Shown: positions 10,402 through 18,861 of the stretch, piece by piece
Layout of the letters: each line of letters starts with the position of its first letter
How positions within the stretch are numbered: position 1 is the stretch's first letter
NCBI GenBank assembly: GCA_037305845.1
Contig: CP147778.1
Coordinates: forward strand, 288,001 to 352,000
Direction of reading: 5' to 3'
Source: Candidatus Freyarchaeum deiterrae
GTDB lineage: Archaea; Asgardarchaeota; Jordiarchaeia; Jordiarchaeales; Jordiarchaeaceae
DNA: 64,000 bases
Notes under the pieces: generated by a model
Told to the model about the DNA's origin: nothing
The model's input: the letters and a program-made list of their open reading frames with translations, nothing else
Databases searched by the model: none
Translations under genes and position numbers: made by a program

Positions 10402-10609
10402 GACGCTCTAACCGCCCTTCAACAGTCTCATCCTCAAAATATCTTTACTTATCTTAATCATAAGAGGACGTTCTTGCTAGAATCTATGTAACCAAAGAAT
10501 AAACAGATAATTATGTTGAGTATGAGAGAATAACAGCAGACGAAAATTACACTCATCATGCAAAAATAATTAATAGTAGGATTTAAAGTATATATAAGCA
10601 AAAAGGTAG

Positions 10610-10915
10610 GTGGTTAAAATGGCTGAAGACCCTTTGAAGGTTTATGAAAAATGGGATCCAGAGATTCGCAAGCAGGTTGAAAATACCCGGCATCTTGCCT
10701 TTAAAGATGGATCATTACCGGGTAAAATTAAGATTCTCATAGCGTTGGCTTTAGACGCTTCCCACGGATCCGTTCTAGGCGTTAAGGCATTGGCTAACGC
10801 AGCAATGAAAGCTGGAGCTTCTAAAGCGGAGATCGGAGAAGCTTTAAGAGTAGCCGTATACGTTTGCGGGGCGGGAAGTGCTTTCACAGCTGCACAAGCC
10901 CTTAGGGAATTATAA
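10610..10915 (+). CDS. Carboxymuconolactone decarboxylase/AhpD family protein
   Basis: DGSLPGKIKILIALALDA...AMKAGASKAEIGEAL pattern. Confidence 0.85.
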   Translation: MVKMAEDPLKVYEKWDPEIRKQVENTRHLAFKDGSLPGKIKILIALALDASHGSVLGVKALANAAMKAGASKAEIGEALRVAVYVCGAGSAFTAAQALREL

Positions 10916-11098
10916 TAAATCGCGTACGGCTACTCCACACTTTCACGATAATTGTTAAACCTTATAAATTCGAAATCTACAAAGATTACGTAAGAAGAAG
11001 TAACGCCAAAAGGTAGTGGAAAAAAGATTCCACTTATTTAGGAGGAAGTGCATAGAGTAATCAGGCTGCATTTTCCAAATTTTTATGGGGGACAACTC

Positions 11099-11545
11099 AT
11101 GAGTTTTGCGGCTAATGATTTGGATTTCGACGTTTTGAGGGAGCCCTGGAATATTTATCAGCTTGAAGAGGGCCCTATTCTGCGAGTTAAATACGTGTTA
11201 ACGAGGTTTGTAAGGCAAAAGGATGCTGGAGGGCTTGTTGGCTACGCTTTCAAGGGCCAAAACGTTGTTTCCTTATCTCACTTTCCCGAAGAATTGAGAG
11301 GCTCTCCCTCGCCCAGAGTGTACAGTTCAGAGGAACTTCAAGCCTCTATAGTTAATGAGAGTGTTCGATACTCAACACTTGTGGAGGAGTGGAACGAATA
11401 CGTTGCTGAGGATGGAGCAAACATAAGATTAAAAATAACCATAACGCAAGTGTGCAAGACAAACAAAACTGATAGTGACGGAGAACCCATATACCTGGTT
11501 AAAACCTCCTTGCTCCCACAAATAACCCCTCCCAAAAAATCATAA
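11099..11545 (+). CDS. Hypothetical protein with an internal two-fold repeat
   Basis: EPWNIYQLEEGPILRVK versus EEWNEYVAEDGANIRLK; ATG at 11099 preferred over the track start at 11048. Confidence 0.7.
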   Translation: MSFAANDLDFDVLREPWNIYQLEEGPILRVKYVLTRFVRQKDAGGLVGYAFKGQNVVSLSHFPEELRGSPSPRVYSSEELQASIVNESVRYSTLVEEWNEYVAEDGANIRLKITITQVCKTNKTDSDGEPIYLVKTSLLPQITPPKKS

Positions 11546-11656
11546 AACTAATTATTTTGTGCTTAGTATTTTTTGGGCAAAAGAGTAATTAGATTGAGGT
11601 GGAGTAGTTTTTATAGAAGGAAGAAATACGAGGGTTATGGAAAGTAGGCAAGTCTT

Positions 11657-12994
11657 GTGGTGTTAGAAATGGTTGAAGTGACTTTTTATGGTGGGGTTGG
11701 AGAGGTCGGTGGAAACATGTTCCTTCTGCGTGACGGGGATACCAGGGTTTTTCTGGACTTCGGTATGAACTACGCCTCAAGGAGAAACTTTTACACCTGG
11801 CCTGCTCTACAACCGAGAGACGAGAGAGGATTGCTGAATTTCGGACTCATACCCAACCTAACTGGAATATACAAATATGATGAAAAGTCTGAGCCGAGTA
11901 TTGATGCTGTTTTCCTCACCCATGCTCACGGGGATCACACCGGCTATGTCCCATTAATTAAAAGAGAGATTCCTATTTACTGCGGCGAGACCACCAGCCT
12001 CATGATGAAGACACTCGCCGCCACCGGTAGAAGTAAAAACTTTGAGAAGGACTTGACCGGAATAGAGTGGAAAACATTTAGGACCGGAGATCACCCAAAA
12101 GTCGGAGACATAGAAATTGTTCCGATACATGTAGACCATTCTGTTCCCGGAGCGTATGGTTTCATAATTCACACCTCTGAGGGAACCTTAGTTTACACTG
12201 GAGATTTAAGGACACACGGAACAAAACCCGAGTTAACTGAGGATTTTGTGAAAAAGGCGGCAGAGGAGAAGCCCGAAACTGTTATTTGTGAGGGCACAAA
12301 CATTATGCAGGCGAGGGTCTCAAGTGAAAGTAATGTGGAGTTGGAGCTTAACACAGTAGCAGCCAGTACCCCGAATATCATGTTAACCAGCTTCGGTCAC
12401 AACGACATTGACAGGCTTAGAACATTCTACAACGTAGCCCAAAAGAATGACCGGTACCTTGTTATTTCCTTGAAGCAGGCCTACCTGCTAAGAGAACTCC
12501 AAAAAGATCAAAAACTAGACGTCCCAGATGTAACTGGAAACAGGTTCATAATCTTAGACGAGGAGAATACAAGAAACAAGTGGGAGAGGGATGAAATTCA
12601 GAAATATAACAACACTAAAACCGTTGCGGAGATTGCGAAAATTCAGAACAAATTGATTTACGTCCTATCTCAGTTCGACTTAAACGACCTAGTAGACATT
12701 AAACCCGAGGCTGGCGGCGTATACGTCTACTCATCCTCAGAACCCTTCACGGAGGAAGGAGAAATAGACTTTGAGCGGCTGAAAAACTGGCTAGCCAGCT
12801 ATGGACTGCCACTCTACCAGATACACGTCTCAGGTCACATAATGCCCCATGAACTCAGAGAAATATTAAAAGAAATCCAACCAAAAAAACTAGTACCGGT
12901 GCACACCGAATATCCTGAAACATTCAAGAAATACTTTGAAAAAACAATCGAGATAAAACTGCCCACAAAAAACCAACAAATGAAAATTTTCTAA
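11657..12994 (+). CDS. Metallo-beta-lactamase/beta-CASP ribonuclease (RNase J-like)
   Basis: GGVGEVGGN, THAHGDH, VDHS, YTGD, HVSGH, PVH motifs. Confidence 0.88.
   Translation: MVLEMVEVTFYGGVGEVGGNMFLLRDGDTRVFLDFGMNYASRRNFYTWPALQPRDERGLLNFGLIPNLTGIYKYDEKSEPSIDAVFLTHAHGDHTGYVPLIKREIPIYCGETTSLMMKTLAATGRSKNFEKDLTGIEWKTFRTGDHPKVGDIEIVPIHVDHSVPGAYGFIIHTSEGTLVYTGDLRTHGTKPELTEDFVKKAAEEKPETVICEGTNIMQARVSSESNVELELNTVAASTPNIMLTSFGHNDIDRLRTFYNVAQKNDRYLVISLKQAYLLRELQKDQKLDVPDVTGNRFIILDEENTRNKWERDEIQKYNNTKTVAEIAKIQNKLIYVLSQFDLNDLVDIKPEAGGVYVYSSSEPFTEEGEIDFERLKNWLASYGLPLYQIHVSGHIMPHELREILKEIQPKKLVPVHTEYPETFKKYFEKTIEIKLPTKNQQMKIF
12907..12987 (+). repeat. 81-bp direct repeat, copy 1 (3' end of RNase J-like gene)
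   Basis: cgaatatcctgaaacattcaagaaatactttg...caaatgaaaat recurs at 14111..14191 with 2 mismatches. Confidence 0.95.
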
Positions 12995-13115
12995 AAATAA
13001 TTTGAATCGCTCTTTAGAGAAAAACAAGATGTAAATCTGTGAATGCTTGTTACGCTCGATTCTATTTAATACTGAACGTAGGTTTTAGCTAAGGTGGATA
13101 AAATTGGTAAGAAAA

Positions 13116-13562
13116 ATGAAAGTGTATCTGGACACATCGGTGATTTCTGCATTGTTTGATGATAGGAACCCAGAGAGGAAATCACTCACAGAGTCTTATA
13201 TTATGCAAGTTGAAACTTTTGAAGTGTATATTTCAGAGATTACAGTTGCCTAAATTAATAGAACTCTGGACTCGGAACTTCGGAACAAAATGAGAAAAAA
13301 GGTATCGCAGTTTTCAGTGCTTTCTCTAACCGATGATGTGAAGTGGTTAGCAGAGCAGTATATTCGCTATGGTGCAATTCCCGAGAGTTATCAAGAAGAT
13401 GCGTATCACATTGCTGTCGCTGTTATAAATGAGATGGACTTCCTTTTAAGTTGGAATTTCAAGCATATCGTAAGGATAAAAACAAGGGATATAGTGAGGA
13501 TGGTAAACACTTTAAATAATCTAAGACAAATAGTAATCATAACGCCAGCGGAATTGTTATAG
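13116..13562 (+). pseudogene. PIN-domain (VapC-like) protein interrupted by in-frame TAA at 13251-13253
   Basis: MKVYLDTSVISALFD...YISEITVA*INR... in frame with 13290..13562 (EDAYHIAVA, LLSWNFKHIV); the stop falls where the conserved acidic residue (Glu) is expected. Confidence 0.85.
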
Positions 13563-13573
13563 GATGCGAAATA

Positions 13574-13750
13574 ATGAGCAAAATCAGTGAGAAAGATATT
13601 GAAAAAATAAAAAGAGTGGTTGAAAAGGAGTTCCCAAATGATCCAGCTTTACAACAAGTTCACATTGCAAGAAAAATTATAGCCAAAGAGGCGGAACTCG
13701 AAGGGTTAAGTTTTCTTGAATATGTCAAATTGTTAGGAAAGCAAATTTAG
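13574..13750 (+). CDS. 58-aa protein, putative antitoxin partner of the PIN gene
   Basis: MSKISEKDIEKIKRVVEKEFPNDPALQQVHIARKIIAKEAELEGLSFLEYVKLLGKQI*; 11 nt downstream of the PIN stop; below the ORF-track cutoff. Confidence 0.7.
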   Translation: MSKISEKDIEKIKRVVEKEFPNDPALQQVHIARKIIAKEAELEGLSFLEYVKLLGKQI

Positions 13751-13873
13751 AGTTTCTAACAATTATTTGACTATAATACACGATGCTTTTTAATTCTACA
13801 CCAGTTCCATATGTACTAGATTCGCGCCATAGGATAAGTGGTGTCTCACAAACTAACAGAACTCTTCAAATAA

Positions 13874-14081
13874 CTGACATACTCTCCACCTTGAAAGGTT
13901 GGGGGTTCTACACTTCTACTGTTAGAAGTGTGGGGCGTGTGCCACCGCCCGGTTAACGACTTCCGCACCTCTTTCGGGTGAGCAAGCCTTATTATTTTCT
14001 TTCCTCTTTTTCCGGTATTTAAACTCCCGCAATTCATCCTCGCCCTAAAGGGACCGAGGCTTTCTTGCTAATCATCTTTCT
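13874..14081 (-). mobile_element. Non-autonomous IS200/IS605-family element (PATE-like) with a retained right-end RNA scaffold
   Basis: Minus strand: TTAC target, then AAAG at the foot of hairpin CCTCGGTCCCTTTAGGGCGAGG followed by ATGAATTGC (left end); right end GAACCCCCAACCTTTCAAGGTGGAGAGTATGTCAG; no transposase or TnpB ORF. Confidence 0.8.
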
Positions 14082-14110
14082 GTAAGCCAAAAAATAATTC
14101 TCATAAGCAT

Positions 14111-14191
14111 CGAATATCCTGAAACATTCAAGAAATACTTTGAAAAAACAATCGAGATAATACTGCCAACAAAAAACCAACAAATGAAAAT
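14111..14191 (+). repeat. 81-bp direct repeat, copy 2 (orphan RNase J 3' end, reads EYPETFKKYFEKTIEIILPTKNQQMKILD*)
   Basis: 79/81 identical to 12907..12987. Confidence 0.95.
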
Positions 14192-14283
14192 CCTAGATTA
14201 AGAAGTTGTTAAATAAAATATAAAAAAAGGAAAGGTTAGAGCTCTAGCTCTTAATAATAGTTTAGCAGAAATTGTTAAGCGGC

Positions 14284-14532
14284 TTAGCAGGAACTGTGCT
14301 GAATAGCTCCCTCTGGGCAACCCTCAACGCATGCGCAGCATTCAGTGCAGTCTTCGACTCGCGGAGCTGTAGATTTGCCCTCAACTAACTCGTAGACATC
14401 AACGGGGCACACGTCAACGCAGTTAGCGTCTCCGGTGCACTTGTCCAAGTCGATTTTTATCACAATGCTTCCAGATTTGTATTCCTTTATATTTCCCTTT
14501 GCTGCGGGAGCTTTTGCTGGTTTTTTAGCCAT
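14284..14532 (-). CDS. 4Fe-4S dicluster ferredoxin with Lys/Ala/Pro N-terminal tail
   Basis: CTGDANCVDVCP and CTECCACVEGCP. Confidence 0.9.
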   Translation of the reverse strand: MAKKPAKAPAAKGNIKEYKSGSIVIKIDLDKCTGDANCVDVCPVDVYELVEGKSTAPRVEDCTECCACVEGCPEGAIQHSSC

Positions 14533-14788
14533 TTCTGTTACCTCGCGACTTTTTTATTACCAATTATCTAAATCAGACAATTTTACATGGGATATATACT
14601 TTTTGGTTTATAAATTTTAATGGTCACCTAGCCATAAAACATTTAGATACGCCGTTCCACTAAATCTTAGTGGGGCATTTTGCAGAAAACTGGAAAACGT
14701 TTAAATCCAGCTGATTTAAGTAATATTCAAGCCACGCATTTCTGGTATATATAATACCAATAAATATTGTAAAGGAGGAGGCAAATTT

Positions 14789-15175
14789 ATGTCTAGCACA
14801 TCTGAAAAGAACAAGAAAATTGTTAGCGATTTTTATAATATGGCTTTAAATCAAAAAAAGCCAGAAGAGGCGGTATCAAAATACATGGGCAAGGTATATC
14901 GCCAGCACAACCCGAATGCAGGCGATGGTCCTGAAGCATTCATTAATTTTGTCAAAGGTTTCGTGAAGCAGTATCCAGAGCTGCATTTTGATTTCAAAAG
15001 GCTCATTGCTGAGGGTGACCTAGTTGTCGTTCATTCCCATTTGAAGGTGAACCCGGCGGATCGCGGTACTGCGGTTATGGACATATTCCGCGTAGACAAG
15101 GGAAAGGTTGTCGAACACTGGGACGTTTTGCAGCCGATACCTGAAAAGTCTGCTAACAAGAACACAATGTTCTAA
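14789..15175 (+). CDS. SnoaL-like/NTF2 family protein
   Basis: YRQHNP, IAEGDLVVVH, DIFRV..GKVVEHWD; strong SD. Confidence 0.88.
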   Translation: MSSTSEKNKKIVSDFYNMALNQKKPEEAVSKYMGKVYRQHNPNAGDGPEAFINFVKGFVKQYPELHFDFKRLIAEGDLVVVHSHLKVNPADRGTAVMDIFRVDKGKVVEHWDVLQPIPEKSANKNTMF

Positions 15176-15254
15176 TGTGAACCTCGTCTACCTGCACGGA
15201 CGCGGTAAGTAAGAGTATTTTTAAGGAGAATAATGATGTGGAGGAGGATAGTTT

Positions 15255-16193
15255 ATGAAAGCAGTACAAATTAAAGAATACGGGCATATCGATGTAATTG
15301 AGATAAAAGAGGTAGATAAGCCGCGTCCTGCTAAAGATCAGGTGCAAATTGAGGTACATGCGTCAAGCATCAATCCCGTTGACTGGAAGATCAGGGAAGG
15401 TCACTTGGTTCAGATGTTCCCTGCGCAGCTACCGATAACTCTTGGTCGCGATTTAGCTGGCGTGATAACAGAATTAGGTAAGGAGGTAACCAACACAAGA
15501 GTTGGAGACAAAGTGTACGGCCAAGCCGGCGTATGGGGAGGAGGAAGCGGCGCACTCGCCGAATACGCTACGACACCGGCTGGAACGGTAGCAAAAATGC
15601 CTAAAAACCTTAGCTTTACTGAAGCAGCGGCTATAGTACTTGTAGGCGTAAGCGCTGTGCAAACACTCATTGAAGACATGAAGCTGAAGCGTAAGCAAAA
15701 GATTCTCATTCACGGTGGTGCCGGGGGCATTGGCACAATCGCGATTCAGATCGCAAAGAACATCGGCGCATACGTGACCACAACAGCAACCGGCAATGGC
15801 ATCGAGTACGTGAAGCAACTTGGAGCTGACGAAGTGATTGACTATAAAACCCAAGCATTCGACGAGAAGGTGTCAGGCTATGACGCTGTTTATGATACAG
15901 TAGGAGGCGAAACCTACACTAGATCTTTCAAGGTGCTAAAAAAGGGCGGCATCATTGTTTCAATGCTTGAACCACCAAACGCCAATCTCATGAAGCAATA
16001 CGGTGTTACTGCAATATTGCGGATGACACAAATAACTACCAAACGGCTTGATGTACTGAGGAAGTTTGTCGAGGATGGAGTCGTAAAGGTGCATATTGAG
16101 AAGACATATCCACTAAGCCAAATCAAAGAAGCGTTCAAGGCAAAAGAAACCGGAGATGTACTCGGCAAGATTGCCATTGAAATAAAGAAGTAA
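15255..16193 (+). CDS. NADPH-dependent MDR (quinone oxidoreductase-like) oxidoreductase, copy 1
   Basis: SINPVDWK, LIHGGAGGIG, LGADEVIDY; no Zn ligands. Confidence 0.9.
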   Translation: MKAVQIKEYGHIDVIEIKEVDKPRPAKDQVQIEVHASSINPVDWKIREGHLVQMFPAQLPITLGRDLAGVITELGKEVTNTRVGDKVYGQAGVWGGGSGALAEYATTPAGTVAKMPKNLSFTEAAAIVLVGVSAVQTLIEDMKLKRKQKILIHGGAGGIGTIAIQIAKNIGAYVTTTATGNGIEYVKQLGADEVIDYKTQAFDEKVSGYDAVYDTVGGETYTRSFKVLKKGGIIVSMLEPPNANLMKQYGVTAILRMTQITTKRLDVLRKFVEDGVVKVHIEKTYPLSQIKEAFKAKETGDVLGKIAIEIKK

Positions 16194-16322
16194 TCTTAAC
16201 TTAACAGTATTATTCACTACGGCAAAAGATCCAGAGTACCATTGAGCAGTGCATCTCTATTTTATAAGAAATAGGAGAAGAAGATTTCATTATAGAGAAG
16301 AATAATGAGGAGGAGTAAATGT

Positions 16323-17261
16323 ATGAAAGCAGTAAGAATTGAAAAATATGGAAATAATGACGTGATTCAAATAAAAGAGATTGATAAGCCGCGTCCTGCT
16401 AAAGGCCAAGTACAGATTGAAGTGCGCGCCTCAAGTATCAATCCCGTTGACTGGAAGGTTATGGAAGGCTACATGGCTCAGATGTTTCAAATGAAGCTGC
16501 CGATGACGCTTGGTCTTGATGTAGCGGGCGTGGTAACAGAAACAAGTAAAGATGTAACACACATAAAAGTTGGAGACAAAGTGTACGGCCAAGCCGCCGT
16601 ATGGGGAGGAGGAAGCGGCGCACTCGCCGAATACGCTACGACACCGGCTGGATCGGTAGCAAAGATGCCTAAAAATCTCAACTTTGCTGAAGCCGCAGCC
16701 ATAGTACTTACAGGAGTAAGCGCTGTGCAAGCGCTCATTGAGAACATGAAGCTGAAACCCAAGCAAAAGATTCTCATTCACGGCGGTGCCGGGGGCATTG
16801 GCACAATCGCGATTCAGATCGCAAAGAACATCGGCGCGTATGTGACCACAACAGCAACCGGAGATGGAATTAAGTACGTAAAGCAACTTGGAGCTGACGA
16901 AGTGATTGACTACAAAACACAAGCATTTGAGGAGAAGGTGTCAAACTATGACGCAGTTTATGATACAATAGGCGGCGAAACCTATAATAAATCTTTCAAG
17001 GTGCTTAAAAAGGGAGGCATCATTGTTTCGATGCTTATGCCGCCAGACGACAAACTTATGAAGCAATACGGTGTTACTGCAATAATCCAGATGACGCAAG
17101 TAGCCACTAAATTCCTTGATGAACTGACGAAGCTTGTCGAGAGCAAGGTAGTAAAGGTGCACGTGGAAAAGACATATCCACTAAGCCAAATCAAAGAAGC
17201 GTTTAAAGCACAACAATCCGGAAATGTGCGCGGCAAGGTTGCCGTTGAAATAAAAAAGTAA
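16323..17261 (+). CDS. NADPH-dependent MDR oxidoreductase, copy 2 (tandem duplicate)
   Basis: Highly similar to 15255..16193; ATG at 16323 aligns with the start of copy 1; a 64-bp downstream segment is also duplicated (16221..16284 and 17293..17356). Confidence 0.9.
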   Translation: MKAVRIEKYGNNDVIQIKEIDKPRPAKGQVQIEVRASSINPVDWKVMEGYMAQMFQMKLPMTLGLDVAGVVTETSKDVTHIKVGDKVYGQAAVWGGGSGALAEYATTPAGSVAKMPKNLNFAEAAAIVLTGVSAVQALIENMKLKPKQKILIHGGAGGIGTIAIQIAKNIGAYVTTTATGDGIKYVKQLGADEVIDYKTQAFEEKVSNYDAVYDTIGGETYNKSFKVLKKGGIIVSMLMPPDDKLMKQYGVTAIIQMTQVATKFLDELTKLVESKVVKVHVEKTYPLSQIKEAFKAQQSGNVRGKVAVEIKK

Positions 17262-17422
17262 TTTTAAATTAATAATAATATCATTCGATGCTGGCAAAAG
17301 ATTTAGAGTGCTGTTGAACAGTGCATCTCTATTCTATGTGAAGTAGGAGAAGAAGAATTTCTGTTTTCGAAATAATAAAGAAGGGGATTATTTCTAGTCC
17401 CCCTTTTGCTATTTTTTGTTTT

Positions 17423-17908
17423 TTAGGCGATTCTTTTGCCTGGCATTGGTGCTATGGAGCCGAGGTAGACTTCTTCCACCTTGATCAGGCCTATTGCACT
17501 GGGTCTGAAGTACGCGTTGTACTTTAGCTGTGGAACTTCGTTGAAAAAGTCGTATAGCATTCCAGAGTCTTGGAATCCCATGAATTTTCCTTTTACCTGG
17601 TATTGTATTTCTTTGTTGGCGAGTACGCTGACTGCGACTCTGCCGTTGGAGAGCAGATTTTTCTTGGTTTTGTTCAGTGCCAGGTCCGCGAAGACCAGTG
17701 TTTCAGGGTCTATTGCTATCATGGAAAGTATGTACACCACATTGGGTTTTCCCTCATCGTCCACAGTGGCCAGGAATTTGATGGTGTTCAAATCCGCGAA
17801 TTTCTCCATAACCTTGGGTGGCATCTTAACCATTAATATCATTTCCTCCACACATATTCTTTCTTCAATTCCATAACATAATATAATATAATCAACTTTG
17901 ATTTTCAT
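17423..17908 (-). CDS. Pyridoxamine 5'-phosphate oxidase-like FMN-binding protein (true start probably 17833)
   Basis: FLATVDDEGKPNV...KTKKNLLSNGRVAV...YQVKG pattern. Confidence 0.8.
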   Translation of the reverse strand: MKIKVDYIILCYGIEERICVEEMILMVKMPPKVMEKFADLNTIKFLATVDDEGKPNVVYILSMIAIDPETLVFADLALNKTKKNLLSNGRVAVSVLANKEIQYQVKGKFMGFQDSGMLYDFFNEVPQLKYNAYFRPSAIGLIKVEEVYLGSIAPMPGKRIA

Positions 17909-18854
17909 ATCCTACTGCTATCACGTTTTTTAGGCCGTAAGATTCCATGATTCCCTTATACTTGAGCATCTCTTCCTTGTCTGGGGGTTTTATGCCATCA
18001 AGAGCGTATTTTCTTCCGAGATTCTTATACTTGGGTTCTCCGAGGCGGTGATGGGGTAAAAGGTCGATTCTCTCAACATTCGGAAGCTTAACTATAAACT
18101 CGGCAATCTTCCTCAGGTTGTCCTCATTGGCTGTGTATCCCGGAATCACGGGAACCCGAATCCACATGGGTTTAACTCTGCTGATTTTCTCAGCGTTCTC
18201 CAGTATCAAATCTGGTTTAATTCCAATGTACTCGCGGGATTTCTTGTCATTCATTTCTTTAAGGTCGTACATTACCAAGTCGACGTAGGGTAGAATCCTC
18301 TCATAAATTTCCCATTTTACGCATCCGCTGGTTTCCACAGCGGTGTGAATTCCAGCCCCCTTGCATTTCTTCAAGAACTCTACCAGGAACTCTGTTTGTG
18401 ATGCTGGTTCTCCTCCCGTGAGTGTGACTCCTCCGTTCGAAGTCTCGTAGAAGACCTTGTCTTTCTCAACCTCTTTGAGAACCTCATCCGGAGTCATTTT
18501 CTTTCCCACAATCTCGACCGCTTTGGGGATGCAGACCTCGGTGCACTTTCCGCAGCTTGTGCACTTCGACCTGTCGATTATAGGGGTCTTGCCCTCAACT
18601 CTTATCGCGTTTTCCAGGCATGCTTTTATGCAGTCTCCGCAGCCTATGCACTTTTTCTCGAAAACGAATACCTCCTGCTGAAAAAGCTGTCCCTCCGGAT
18701 TATGGCACCACACGCACTTCAAGGGGCATCCCTTCATGAAAACCACCGTTCTTATTCCGGGGCCGTCCTCTGTTGAGAATCTCTCTATGTTAAATATCAC
18801 CCCATCACTCATTTTGCAGCACTTCGATTCCGAATAAGTAATTTCTACCCTCAT
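17892..18854 (-). CDS. Glycyl-radical enzyme activating enzyme (radical SAM, with 2x[4Fe-4S] insert)
   Basis: DGPGIRTVVFMKGCPLKCVWCHNPE; CIGCGDC and CTSCGKC; GGVTLTGGEP. Confidence 0.95.
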   Translation of the reverse strand: MRVEITYSESKCCKMSDGVIFNIERFSTEDGPGIRTVVFMKGCPLKCVWCHNPEGQLFQQEVFVFEKKCIGCGDCIKACLENAIRVEGKTPIIDRSKCTSCGKCTEVCIPKAVEIVGKKMTPDEVLKEVEKDKVFYETSNGGVTLTGGEPASQTEFLVEFLKKCKGAGIHTAVETSGCVKWEIYERILPYVDLVMYDLKEMNDKKSREYIGIKPDLILENAEKISRVKPMWIRVPVIPGYTANEDNLRKIAEFIVKLPNVERIDLLPHHRLGEPKYKNLGRKYALDGIKPPDKEEMLKYKGIMESYGLKNVIAVGYENQS

Positions 18855-18861
18855 TTTCAGA

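Noticed and set aside
13846-14037. 63-aa ORF inside the IS605 derivative
   Set aside because: No TnpA or TnpB motifs; it crosses the element boundary and overlaps the predicted RNA structure.
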